From Chara braunii (lineage: Eukaryota; Plantae; Charophyceae), in contig BFEA01000001.1 of the NCBI GenBank assembly GCA_003427395.1, positions 1,050,348 to 1,114,347 of the forward strand: a DNA stretch of 64,000 nucleotides. Direction: 5' to 3'. Positions 1 through 11,898 of this stretch are shown here, piece by piece. The notes below the pieces were generated by a model. That model saw only the letters and a list, made by a program, of their open reading frames with translations. It had not been told where the DNA came from and made no database searches. Position 1 is the stretch's first letter; each line of letters opens with the position of its first letter. The position numbers and the translations under genes were made by a program.

Positions 1-1435
1 TTATTGCTCTTATTATGTTAGCTAACAAATTCGCTAGAATTTTATATGTCACTGCGAGTAAGGATATTGGTGGTCTGTAATTTTTTATGTCTGTTGGGTC
101 TCCTTTCGTATATAGGAGGGAGACCACTCCTGTGCTTAGATGTTATCCCAGAGTACCTCTCTCCCAGGCTTTCCCGAGGAATTGGAAATATTATGTGCCC
201 AGCACTGGCCATAACGCTACCCAGAATTCCTTGGACAGGCCATCAATTCCAGGTGTTTTGTTGGGCTTCATGGAGTGTAGGGCTTCGAGTAACTCTTGTT
301 CTGTGATAGGGGAGTCTAGAGTTGTGGCTTGTCCTGTTGTGATTGTTTTATCCAGGTACGTGAGGAATTTGTTTCTAGCTTGTGTTGTTACCTGATGAGC
401 GTAATCCTACTCCCTTGAGGTGTAGAGGTTCTTGAAGAAGGATATTGTCGTCGCCAACATTATCTGTGGATCGGAAGACAGACCCTGGTCTGTTTGTAGT
501 TGGTCGATGCTTGCATTGCTGGCGTTAGATTTAATTTTCTGAAAGAACTTTTTGTTCATTTTCTCTCCTTCCTCCCATTCTTTCACCCTTGCTAGCATTC
601 GCAGGCCTTTGTTCGTCCACTCCTCTCATTCGGCTAGTTCCTGCCTGGCTTGCTCCAGTGCTCTCTCGTAAAGGGACGAACCCGTTAATTTCTTTTACTA
701 GCTTTCTTGTGGCTTCGGATAGTGCGGTGACCAGGTCAGGAATGTCTAGGTTAGTGTGGCCGTGATCTATACCCCCTGATTTCTAGGGTGTTGAGGATCT
801 AGTTGTTAATTTAAAACAAACCTTTCCCTCTGCCAGGGTTGTTTCCTCTGTTGAGATTAAGAGTGATAGGTTTGTGGTCTCTGCCAAATTAGTGGGGTAG
901 GCCTTCTATTGTCGAGTTGTGTACTGATCCTAACAATTATTCTGAAACTAGGAAATAGGCTATTCTAGAGGCAGATATGTGTTGACTTCTGTTCTTTTTT
1001 AGATATGTATATTCTTTGCTATCTGGGTATTTAACTTCGTATGGGTCCAACAGGTTCTTTTCGATCATTATGTCGTGGATGGGGAGTGCTTCGCTCCATG
1101 TCATGTTCTCTGTTGGGGAGCTGCCTCTCGAGAAGCGGTCCATTGTTGGGTCAAGCGCGACGTTCTGGCCTTGGTGTGTAGTAGTATGATCACTCCCGCT
1201 GAGTGAGGAAGCTGAGAAGGGGCCCAAACCGCTTTTCTCACCCATTTGAGTTTTTTAATTATCTGGTCTTGAGTTCGCTGGTGATCCTGCGATTGAGTCA
1301 CGTGAGTTTCTTGAATGCAAAGTATGTTTGGGGTGAGCTGCCATACCAATTTGTGGCCTTTGTTATGTTATCCCACTTGCGCTGATTGTTGTAGAGCGAG
1401 GACATGCGTTTATATTCCAAGAAATAATCTTCAGG
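1..1435 (-). pseudogene. LINE ORF2 N-terminal part (APE endonuclease and start of RT), frameshifted
   Basis: ORF fragments 1101-1349, 937-1245 and 407-598 carry endonuclease and linker motifs homologous to 32557-33588. Confidence 0.85.
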
Positions 1436-1935
1436 TTCGGTTCTCGTTTGCAGAGACCAAACTATCTGTAGGTGGGGGGTGAATGCCTGCCAGTGTTGGA
1501 GTCCCCCATTGTCAGAGTCTGTTTGATCCCGCGGATATCCACATGCTACTAGTGTGATGTAAGAGCCATTAGGGCCAATGTCCCTCCCGGTTGAAATATA
1601 CCCCATTAACTTCACATCAAGCCACCTGGGTGACATTTGGAAAATGTCGTACGATGTGACTAGTAAGCCGCTAAAGGCTGCTCTTTCTGCTACTATGCTC
1701 CCCCCCAGCAGCCCATAGGGAATCGCTTCCACTATTTGCCACGGGACAAGGCACATTTCGTCCTTGAGCTCTGCCTCTTCCTCGAGCTCTAAAATAATGG
1801 GTCTGAGATCTGCACACTGCGAGCTTCCCTCTTGATCTTTCCAATCCTCGCACGCCTCCTTTTTGGTTCCCAAAATGTGAGCCCTTGCTGGCACTGCATT
1901 GGATATCCGCTTTCTTAGATGTTGTTGCGTACAGT

Positions 1936-4828
1936 CCTGGACCAGATGAGGATGTAGGATTGTGGAGGGGCGCACAAGGCACAAAATGCGGTGCACAGTC
2001 CGAGCTGGTTGGCGGCGTGAAGCGCGGTGGCACGTTGGTACGGCGCGACGTTGGAAGTTGGGGAAGGGTTGGATGCAAGCGGGATGGCATCGGTGTGTCG
2101 AGGAGGAGAGTTTGGGCGGCGCTGGTTGTTTGGAGATGGTGAGTTGTAGGGTGGCTACACGACGGCAAGGTAAGTACGGCATCTGGTGGGGCCCTCTGCA
2201 CATCTCTCTTGCATACTCCAACATCAGCAAGGAAGCAAGCTCGGTTCGTGGTGTGTGCCTTCGTCATAACTCCTTTCCTTCCGCCCCTCACTTTTCTCGT
2301 TCTCAGCGGTGGACGCACTATGACACCCTCCGCTTGGTTTTTCGAGGTGGGGGGTGCCCAGTTGGTGCCTTCGTAGGCTCGCAAAAGAGTCGTTGCTAGG
2401 GGTTGATTAGCACAACGGCTAGCAGGGGAAGGGAGATGTTGTTCCTCTCTTACGAAGGTGGTGGGAGGTGAGTTTGGGCGGAAGGAGGAGAGCTGCATCA
2501 TGTGTGACCAGGGCGACGGAGTTGAAGATGGCGATGGCAGTGGGAGATTTTCTGAAGAATCAGCGAAAGTGATAGATGTTCTCAGGATCTTGATTGAGCA
2601 GTTGTCATTATCATTCACTTGGAGGTGGTTGTTTGTTTGTGTTTCACGAATCTGGAGGCCGCCCGTTGACAGTTGAAGAGAGGATAATGCGTGTTTTTCA
2701 CTTTTTTAGGAAAGGGTTCAAGATCTGTTTGATAGGCAATAGTCCTCGCCCACTATCTCAAACAATTCTTTGGATTATATCATGGTTCCTAATTTCTTCT
2801 TGAGGATGACGAGTCTGTAGGCTTGAGTAGGTCGATTGCTATGTTCTCACCTGAATTTTCTGTTTGATAAATTCGTAATCCTATTCAAATTTCTTCCAAT
2901 AATGTTTCTCTGCTTTTTTGAATTTTCAATTCCTAAGTGGTTGTTCTTGATCCTTGACTTCGTTTTTCCAATTCTGCTCAATGATATCTCTCGATTCTTG
3001 ATTCGCAATGACTTTATAATCGGTAATCCTTTAAATTGATAATTACAATAGTATGCTCCTGATTCTGGATTGTGAAAGCATGTTACTAAATCCTGTTCCC
3101 AATTTTGAAATCCCTGATTGTTCAATGAAATCTTTGTTTTCGACGCATGGAAATTGAATGTTCTAATTGATGGACTGTGTGGAGTCTGAAACCCTCAATT
3201 CACAAGTGTTCTAGTACCTTTTTCGCACTGGTTGTGGAAAGACTCACTCGGATTGGGTATTGGGGTTCTTTTCCCTCCATGTTGGGGTCACATCGGCAGG
3301 GGTGAGTTAACAAAAGGAGGGATACAAAGCATCTTGCTGGCGATGGGGCTACCTGGTAGGATGGGATTAGGGCATAGCAGCAACGAAGATGGTGGCTCCG
3401 TTGTGATGAGTCTTGCCGGAGTAGGGGGAGTGCTTAGGTGTTCTGGGTGGGTCAAGCATGACCAATCCGGGAAGGGAGCTAGACAACTTGAAGCCATGGT
3501 TGCGGTGGTGTTTAGCGGATCATTTGACAACGGGTCAATACCGTCATATCCGAGGGTTCACGGCTGGCCGATGCTAGAACGACACTGGCCGGAGCTGGGG
3601 TTTGGTTGCGCTGCCCTGTAACCTGAGTGAAGCGGAGGTTCGAGGCCTGGTAGAGAGATCTAGGGAACTGCCGAAGGTGGAAGTTATTCCAGTGGCTAAC
3701 CGTGAGCTGTTGCTAGGATGACGCTGGCCGGAGTTGGGGTGGGTCGCGCTGCCCTGTAACCTAGCGGTTGGGGATGTGAGGCCTTGTAGAGCTTGGCATC
3801 TAGGATTGGGGGGTTGAGGCAGTTGTAGGTCAGTCGCTGAATAGCACTAGGGCAATGTGGTTTTCTTGATGTCGGCTCCCGAATAATCTTAGTTGATTCT
3901 CACTCCTTTTTTAAGCAAAGTTTGTTGCTTTCGGTTGCTCCTAGTGGTTTTAAGATTGCTCTGGGATTCTTGGGGCTCCTAGCACTCACTGTAGGCTTTT
4001 TTGATGTTGTTATGTTCATGGATCTGTGCCTGTCCGACGCCAGAATGACGCTGGCCGGTGCTGGGGTGTTGCCTGTAACCTGTTGATATCAGGAGCATGA
4101 GGCCTGCTAGAGAGATTTGGGGATGCTTTGGGGTGGGCGTTCCAAGGGACAACCAAGGGTTACTGTCGGGACGACGCTCGCTGGAGCTGGGGTGAGTCGT
4201 GTTGCCTTGTAACCTAGCAGGGTGGGGCTGTGAGGCCTAGAAGAGCCCGACAGTGAATAAAACAGGGTTGGAGGGTCGTGGAGGGTTTTGTTTGGGGTCC
4301 TTGGATAAGTATTTTGAGAACTTTTGTGGTGCTCCGTCTGTGACTATCCCCATGTGTTTTTAGGATTCTTTAGCCGAAGCCGGGTAATTGCCCCGGTATC
4401 TCAATTGTTTTGCATATGTTTCCTAATAGCATTGTTTCAAGAAAGAGGTGGGTGGGAGAAGTAGACGGTGGGATATCAAGTGTCCTACAAGTGAGGGGGC
4501 TAGCTCGTAGGATGGAAATAGGGTATAGCAGCACCGGAGATGATGGCTCTGCTGCAGTAAGTCTTGGCGGAGTGAGGTAAAGAGGATTGATGGGGGGTTT
4601 CTGAGTCGTTTTCTGAATTTTGCCTATTTCTGAAGTTTGTCGTAGTAATTTTCTAAGTAGCTCAATTTTTTCTTAGCCAAAGCCGGGTAATGGCCCCGGA
4701 TCTCAAACTTTCAAAATTCTATGTAAATTTCCATATGGGACGCTGGGCCCGGTTCCCAACACGTGTTGCTCCCCACGAATAGATTGGAGCCTTGTCAGCC
4801 CCCCCCCCACAAAAAAAAAAAAAAAAAA
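1936..4828 (+). mobile_element. Poly(A)-tailed retroposed insert with no RT or endonuclease (long LINE 3' region or non-autonomous element)
   Basis: A-run at 4811-4829; TSD ACAGT at 1931-1935 and 4829-4833; excision restores the host ORF1; its 3' end resembles the LINE 3' motif. Confidence 0.8.
3577..4250 (+). repeat. Four diverged copies of a roughly 75-bp unit inside the insert
   Basis: GACGCTGGCCGGAGCTGGGGT...CCTGTAACCT...GAGGCCT near 3580, 3720, 4047 and 4173. Confidence 0.8.
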
Positions 4829-7800
4829 ACAGTTTTGGCCCATGACTGTTAACAATGCCATGGATTTATGGTATGCGATTTCCCGGGTTTCGTACGTGGT
4901 GTTCCATCTGTACGGGATTACTGTGCGTCGTTTGGGATTGGAGCGGGCATCCAGCCTGGCCGCTGCCTCTATTTCCTTGTTCTAGCTTGTGGCAATGTCT
5001 TTGAGGTTTAGACAGTTCTCATCCAATTCCTTGTTCTGGTCCCGTAATGCATTGACTTGTGCTTCGAGAATGGCAGCTTGTTTGTTGAGCTCGTCCACGG
5101 TTTCTGTGTCCCCTGTGGTCTGGTCCCTGTGTTCATCTGTCTTTGAGTTGCTTGTTGTGTTTCTTTGCCTTTTGACTCTCTTTCTTGTGTTTTTTTCTTC
5201 ATAGGTTTTGGGTCATGCGAAGTGTTGTACATCACTGCTCAGATCCACCCTGATCTCATCCTTCTCGACCTTCGTTTTCAGATTGTATTGTGTTGCATAT
5301 AATTCGTTGATTTCCCTTTCTTTCTCTAGCACTTCAAACCTGTTTCCCATGCTTATGTCATTGGCCGTTGTCATCACTGCTCTGAGATTTCATATATGTT
5401 TGTGATGGGTCAATCTTACTTCTAATTCCACTGTTCTTGCTCTCTCCAGTGACCTGGCGTAATGTTGTACGTATTCGCGGGAATCCACCTCCTCCTCCTC
5501 CATATTCGTGTCCTCCTTCAACTCGTCCTCAAATTCCTCGTCGTCCTTCTCGGACTGCTCCTCATCTTCTTCCTTGGAGGACAAGGTTGCGCTTGACCCT
5601 GATCTATCCCTTTTCTTACCCTTTCCTGAGGTTAGAGAGCAGTCCATGTTCTCCTCCCCTCCTTCCCGACCGGCTGTCTTTTCCCGAGGAAAGGAATCTT
5701 CCTTGATTGGTGCTGCTCCGTCAGTTGGTAGGGCCCTGCTCTCTCCCTACAATGTGCTTCATTGCTAGTGTGTTAGCCCCCATCCATTTCCATATCTGCC
5801 GGTAGGACACTTGCCAGTCCTACCGACTTTTGCTTCCTTTTCCCCGTTACGCTAGCCTCTACTACTCTTTCCGATTCATCCAGTTTGCACGTCAGAGATC
5901 CATCGATATGGAGACTGTCCTCTCCAAGGGTTTTGGAGGCTGTGGATTTGGGCATCGAGCAAGTTGAGTCCAACTGCAGCTCTTGGGTTGTTCTTGCCCT
6001 TCGGTTTTCCAGGTAGGCCTTCTTTGTGTTTTGCCCAATTTCGTGCATTTCCTTCATTGATTTCAGTCTTTGGTTTTCATCTAGCAGTCCTGCTTTGCAG
6101 ATTACCCGTTCCGTACGGAAACCGGTGTTCCTGTCCTCCATTCGCTTGGCTCTTACAAACCTCCATTTGTTGTCGTAGGGAGGGCAGATGTCTGGTTTGA
6201 ACTTGGGTTCACCCTGTAAGACCCAGATCCACTTGAGGTTTAGAAGGTTATCATCGAAAATCCAACCTCTGAACTGAGCATTGTTAATGTACCATACCCC
6301 GAGTTTGACATCGCATTTGCGAACATTGATTGTCTGAACACTATCTTTCTTCCCTTTTCACCCATCTACGGACAATTCATGCCAAGGTGGCCCTTTTTTC
6401 TGCAATGGAAGCAATAAGGATTGGTTTTGGTGGAGATGAAGATTGTGATGCATTGGTTATTCTTCTGGAAGATCCAAGTGTCTGGGAAATTCGGTGTCGT
6501 GCCTAAAGATACCGAGAGGCATGCCACTCTCGTGTCATGGTTAGGTGCCATGTAAGTCAGGTTTGGCTGGTAGCCAATCTATGACGGGGTTGTTGGGGAA
6601 TTCCTCCTACAACCTTTTTTGTACGAAGCTGTGCATTCCTTCGGACAGGTTGTCGAATTGCACCCAGAAGTGGTTCCGAAGCATCACCTGCCTGTGTCAG
6701 GAGGCTTCTGCCTAAGGTTCCGTCGGAGGTTTCCATCTCTGGATTGTGACTACCAAACCCTTGCACTTCAGCGAACCCAGGGAGATAAGGAATTGGGCAT
6801 AGGAAGGATCAACGCACAAAATCATGACTGTGTATCTTCCTCTTTTGTGGTAGGAGATATCCGGTTCCGTGCCAGGTATGTTCTCCATTTCCCCGAGCTT
6901 GTCCATCACCCATTTCCTTTTTTCATTAAGCGATAAATCCCTATTTTTGTTCGTGAAATTAAAGAGCACAGCGAGCTTTTCGTAAACCTCATTTAGAGAT
7001 TGTAGATCCTGCGTAGGATATTCCCACACTTCCACTTTCACCTCCTGGCCATTTCCATCTTTGATTGATTCCTTTGTTTTGGTTATCTCCGCCTTAAACT
7101 CAGTTTTGCTCATCAGAAATTCTAACGCCCTTTGTCCCAAGGGTTTGTATGTTGTAGTGGTCCGCCTGTCTTTGTGAGATCCTGTCGGGGCTCTCGAGCT
7201 TCGCTGGAAGGAGATGAGGTAGCGAATGGAACGGAGGGGGGGGGAGAGGGGTGATAGCCAGACAGTGTGCGAGTGAGGAAAGAGTGTGTGGGTGGGCGAT
7301 GCGGGCAAGGTGGGTGTTAGGGTGTCCTATAGATGACAGGGTCAGGACAGTAGGTGGGGGTGTGAATGGACGAATGTTAGGTAGTTGGCCGGTCCGCTTG
7401 TTCCCGATATCTATGCTCTGCTTTGCATCCTTCGATAGCTTGGATACAAGCGGTCGTGGGACATAGGACTTGAGCTAGAGCGGTCGGATTCGCTACTTTG
7501 TCTATGTTTCTGGTGGCAGTCGAACTCGAGTCCTATTTTTGCCCCAAATATTGAAGCTACTGCTTTGTTCTCATCCTACCGCAAATGGGGAAGAGGTTAC
7601 TACCACTAATCGCAGAATTCTGTGTCGTTTCTACGTTTCCTGAATAGGAGCTATCCCGAAGTAGTAACGGAGATGCCTTTATTCCCCTTCCTCCGTTGTT
7701 TCGAGACGATGTCGTTCCTCTCCTCATGAGTGCTTGTCCCTTCACTTGTCCTGACGTCTTTCTCCCTGTGTCTCTTGAGGTCGTCGAGGACGGTGGGAAG

Positions 7801-9537
7801 GTCGCTCGTTCTTACCTTTGGAAAACGGGGCAGACTCGCTCAAACCTTGCGGATCTTACTATTGATGTAATGGCCGGTGCGCCGCTATCCTCGTCCACTC
7901 GTGATGATTCTTGCGTGTATCGTCGTTGCTTGCCCTTCTCCTATGTTAGGTAAGATTTGCACTCATTTCTCTTTTCGCTGCTTTTCCGTGCCCCTCTTGT
8001 CCTTTCTTCTTTGGGGGACTTCCTTTCTCCCTCTTCTCCTCTTCTCCACCTCCTTCCCTAGAGTTCTTGTCCAATTCCTCCTCCTCCTCCTCCTCCCCTT
8101 CTCTTCCCTGTGCTCGCCGGCCCGTTTCCTCGCCCGGGGTAGCCACGCCCGGAGGCAAGGCGTGATGTGTCGTCGCACACTCCCCCTAGCCTGCTTTCTT
8201 GGCAGATTCAAATTTGGATGGAAGATGCACGCGAAGCCGCGCGTGCAGCGGTTTCCCGCGAAAAGCAGGATGCCGCAACATTTCGACGACGTGGCTTAGC
8301 GCATTGCGGAAGGCCTCACCGGTACGGCGCTCGGGCTCGCATCACTCTCGGTACCTCATTAGTGTGCTTTCTCGTTCCTAGTGAGTACATGCTCTCATTG
8401 GCAATTGATTTCGATGCTTTGGTTCTCCTTCAGTGTAATATCGGTGCAATTCTGCTTCCTGGACAGCGTTCGACTATCCGGCTTTCGATGTGATTTGCAA
8501 TCTGGAATTCTGTCAATTCGACTCATTTCGCTATTGCTCATTTTCCTTGCAAATGGATTATCTCATTGCTGATATGGATCGGCTTCCGAACTGTATGTGA
8601 GACTTTCGCCTCATACGGCTCTTCTCAGAATCTACATTTATATTTGGGTCCTCTTTTGTGTGGTATGCATTTAATTCAAATGTTTCAGTAACCTAAGACT
8701 CCAGTAAATTAGGTCACCGTCAAATGGACTCTTGGTGGAATGGACCACTTCGTGTTTGCAGACCGCCATGCCTCACTCATGGAACCAATCAGAACTCCAA
8801 CAGGGGCATTTTCAGATGCAGTGCCAACCAAGGATGTGAAGATGAAGCTCCGCCATAGCATAAGGTGGGTCTTCTTGTTGGTGCCCACCTTCTTCCTCCT
8901 CCACTACTATGAACACCTCGTCTACTCTATGTAGGCCAGTACATGTATTTGCCACCTCCGTCCATAGCCAGCTAACTCCCCCTCTTGCTCCTCCTCACTC
9001 CTCCATAGACATGGAGATCTTCTCCATTACCCTCTTGCTCCTCCTCTTCACTCAAAAGCTCCACCAACCTCTCCCTCGAGGTGGAGTAGCCGCATTGCTG
9101 GGCGAATATCCGGACTGCTCACAGCACTGAATGAGATCCTCTTGCCTGCTCACTCAGCCTCCCCTACGACCTACCAAGTGTGCTTCCTGGGCTACCAGTT
9201 CCTTCCTTTGGATGGGAACATTATTGCAGACTGTAATCTACCCTGCAGGACCCTCGCTTACACCTGATTCGCAGGACCATCACGACTCTACCTGCCATCC
9301 TACCAGACTTCAGGACTTACCCAAGTTCCCAAAATGATCTTACCAGGTCCCTAACAAATTCTACTTTTGTCCCTGGCCGTCCTACACTTTCGCGTGAGCC
9401 TGTCCACAGCCAAAGTTTCTGTCCTATATCCTTGTAGCTAGGTCTTTTGTAAGTTCTACCCTCCAGGTACACTGAAACACAGCAAAGCACTCAGACTCCG
9501 CAATCTCAGCGAATAAGAACACTAGACGGCAATTCAC

Positions 9538-9646
9538 CACACAATTTAGAAATATCGGACTGCAACCGGACGGGCCATTGCATAATTGTTGTTTTCAACT
9601 TTACTAATTCTGATCGGTTATCAACTTCGCCAAGGTGACAAATTTT
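9538..9646 (-). CDS. Candidate downstream exon of the Pol IV/V largest-subunit gene
   Basis: Poly-T tract then CAG acceptor, phase 0 with the previous candidate exon, reading KICHLGEVDNRSELVKLKTTIMQWPVRLQSDISKLC; possible donor GTGAAT. No homology recognised. Confidence 0.35.
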
Positions 9647-9875
9647 CTGTTCTTGAAAGTGCAAAAAAAAAAAAAAAAGGGTTACCAAAAAATCAGGCCT
9701 GGAAATGCTAGTCTTATGATTGATTTGTGATCCATACCAATGGGCTTAGCTCAGTTCACACAACCGTGAACTGTTGAAATAAGGACCCAAGTTCAAATCC
9801 ATATGAACTACATGATATAAAGAAAAAGGAAAAGGACAAAGACATGTGAAGTTGTGATCCATAATTTATCCATAC

Positions 9876-10238
9876 CTGTACCGCAAGAGCATGCCGGTCG
9901 ACTTGATTACCGCTTGTTTGAGTAAAATTTTGGTCCCTCTGACCAGTCACTGTAGACCACTCAGCTTCAGAATCCTTAGGCTGATCCTTGTCATTTGAAG
10001 AAATATGTCTTTGTGATGGATTAGGGTTTCCACGGTTCTGGTACCCCCCATTGCCCTGCACAGCTGATAACCCAGCCCCTGAGCTACTGGGAGAGCATAT
10101 GTCAAGATCAGCACCGCGGCGATGCATGACAGGTGGTGCATCTTGAAAGCCGAAATCATCAATTGGACAATCATGCGCCGTACTGAGAGATACGTCATTC
10201 TCTTCCTCGTCTCCTGCAGCTTGCAAATTCCTGTAAGC
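9876..10238 (-). CDS. Candidate C-terminal-region exon of the Pol IV/V largest-subunit gene
   Basis: Open, hydrophilic, non-TE frame ending at CAG|GTATGG. A phase-0 AAG acceptor at 10239-10241 with an upstream CTAAC fits the phase-0 donor at 36952. The start is uncertain. Confidence 0.45.
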
Positions 10239-10371
10239 CTTTTCGACAGTACAGAGACCATTGAAAGTCAAGCTTGAATAAGAGTTAGCATCAGGGTTTC
10301 AAATCGTCCTTCTCTGGCTAATGACTAGAGCTTCAACTAATCTCTCACTATTGGCCCGGGGGGGGCTGACA

Positions 10372-10385
10372 CACAGACAGACACA

Positions 10386-10462
<77 letters not shown>

Positions 10463-10667
10463 NNNNNNNNNNNNNNNNNNNNNNNNNNNNNNNNNNNNNN
10501 NNNNNNNNNNNNNNNNNNNNNNNNNNNNNNNNNNNNNNNNNNNNNNNNNNNNNNNNNNNNNNNNNNNNNNNNNNNNNNNNNNNNNNNNNNNNNNNNNNNN
10601 NNNNNNNNNNNNNNNNNNNNNNNNNNNNNNNNNNNNNNNNNNNNNNNNNNNNNNNNNNNNNNNNNNN

Positions 10668-10748
<81 letters not shown>
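10372..10748. repeat. (CA)n/(GA)n microsatellite spanning an assembly gap
   Basis: Seen directly. Confidence 0.97.
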
Positions 10749-10750
<2 letters not shown>

Positions 10751-11898
10751 TTCAGAGACAAGAGGGGAAGGAACCGGAAGAAGAGAGATGCACATGCAAT
10801 GGTTCTGGGAACGATGAGCACACGTCAAGCAGAGGATTCAAGAGCAGAAAGAGGTTTCCTAAAAATAAACAAACAAAACTGATAACAAGTTCATTGAGGA
10901 GTGCACCTTGCAGGAGAGTGATGAATTTTATGGCCAGAATGGCTCTGAGGGGGGATGTGGGGGGCGGGATTGTGAAAAGGGAGAACCACAGCTTTGTGAT
11001 TCCGTTCCAGAGCAAGATTGCACCCATAGAGGAGAGCAGACAATGGAGAAGATCATCTTCCAGATCTACTGAAGGCTGTGGATTTTGTCAGGTTTGAGCG
11101 TCTTGTATCTTTTTCATTGGAGTCCATCTGGTTAAGTTGCAGTAGGTCCTGCCATCTCTTCTGAATATCCAGGGTGGGATCTATGGTTTTCAGACTGAGC
11201 TCATACCCAAATCATTTACTGCATATTCTGCTACGGAAGATGTTCCTTCTACAAGATTTCTGTTCCCAGGTCCATTCCCTCAGGTTGCTCCTGGTTCCGT
11301 GATAGTGGCACTGGGTAGGAGGTGAACCTTGCCAGAAACCCGCCAGATATGAATCATATGATCCTTTGATTTTATTAATTTCTTTACTTCAGAAAAGATA
11401 GCCACGACTGAAACTGCACAGCTGAGAACAGGGATGAGATGGAGACCCTGGCGAACGATGACAGCGGTCCCGTACAGCGTTCTGGCGGGATCAAGTTTAC
11501 CGGCGGAACTGACGGCAATGTCGGTCGCTTACCTCGTTGCTACAGGGATGTTGGACGGGGACGGGGACTTAGATGCAAGAGCATACTCCACTGACTGGGA
11601 CAGATTTTATAGAAGTGATGATTCAGACAACGAATCGCGGCACTGGCAATCGGATGATGAGAAGGAAGACAATGAGCGAACATTAGATCAGGGGGAAAAC
11701 AGCAACGACAGCAACGATAGCGAGGGACCGTACAAGATGGATGAACCTGGAGTGACTTTGCCTACGAAGTCGGGACAGGACACAGCGATATCCGACCCTG
11801 GGGATGACGCAATGGGTCTGGATACGGGTGGACTCTCATCATCGAAGAGGTGCTGCTCATAAAACCATAGTCATGAACCGTCTGAGAGAGTCACGAAG

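Larger units (their letters stand above)
1500..7200 (-). pseudogene. LINE ORF1 (Zn knuckle, acidic tract, C-terminal conserved domain), interrupted
   Basis: Fragments 6712-7308, 6366-6551, 5390-5647 and 1298-2230 align by eye with copy C ORF1. Removing 1936-4833 restores the frame MALLTVMGQNC-TQQHLRK. Confidence 0.8.
1..7310 (-). mobile_element. L1/Tx1-like non-LTR retrotransposon, copy A; decayed, runs off the left edge, split by the insertion at 1936-4828
   Basis: Minus-strand ORF1 pieces with a CCHC knuckle (CFHCRKKGHLGMNCP), then APE endonuclease motifs (KIISWNIN, LCIQETH, DPY..YP, SRIAYFLVS, HKPI) and an RT start (LYTKGD...NYRPISL). Colinear with copy C. The 5' end is approximate. Confidence 0.9.

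Noticed and set aside
3577-4250. Interspaced repeats as a CRISPR-like array
   Set aside because: Eukaryotic TE context, long degenerate units, irregular spacing and no cas genes.
7400-8700. LTR-like sequence upstream of LINE A
   Set aside because: No supportable TG..CA termini, TSD or second copy in the window.
10321-11097. Long ORFs through the microsatellite and gap
   Set aside because: Artefacts of (GA)n and N runs; the same applies to ORFs at 19921-20385 and 49772-50329.
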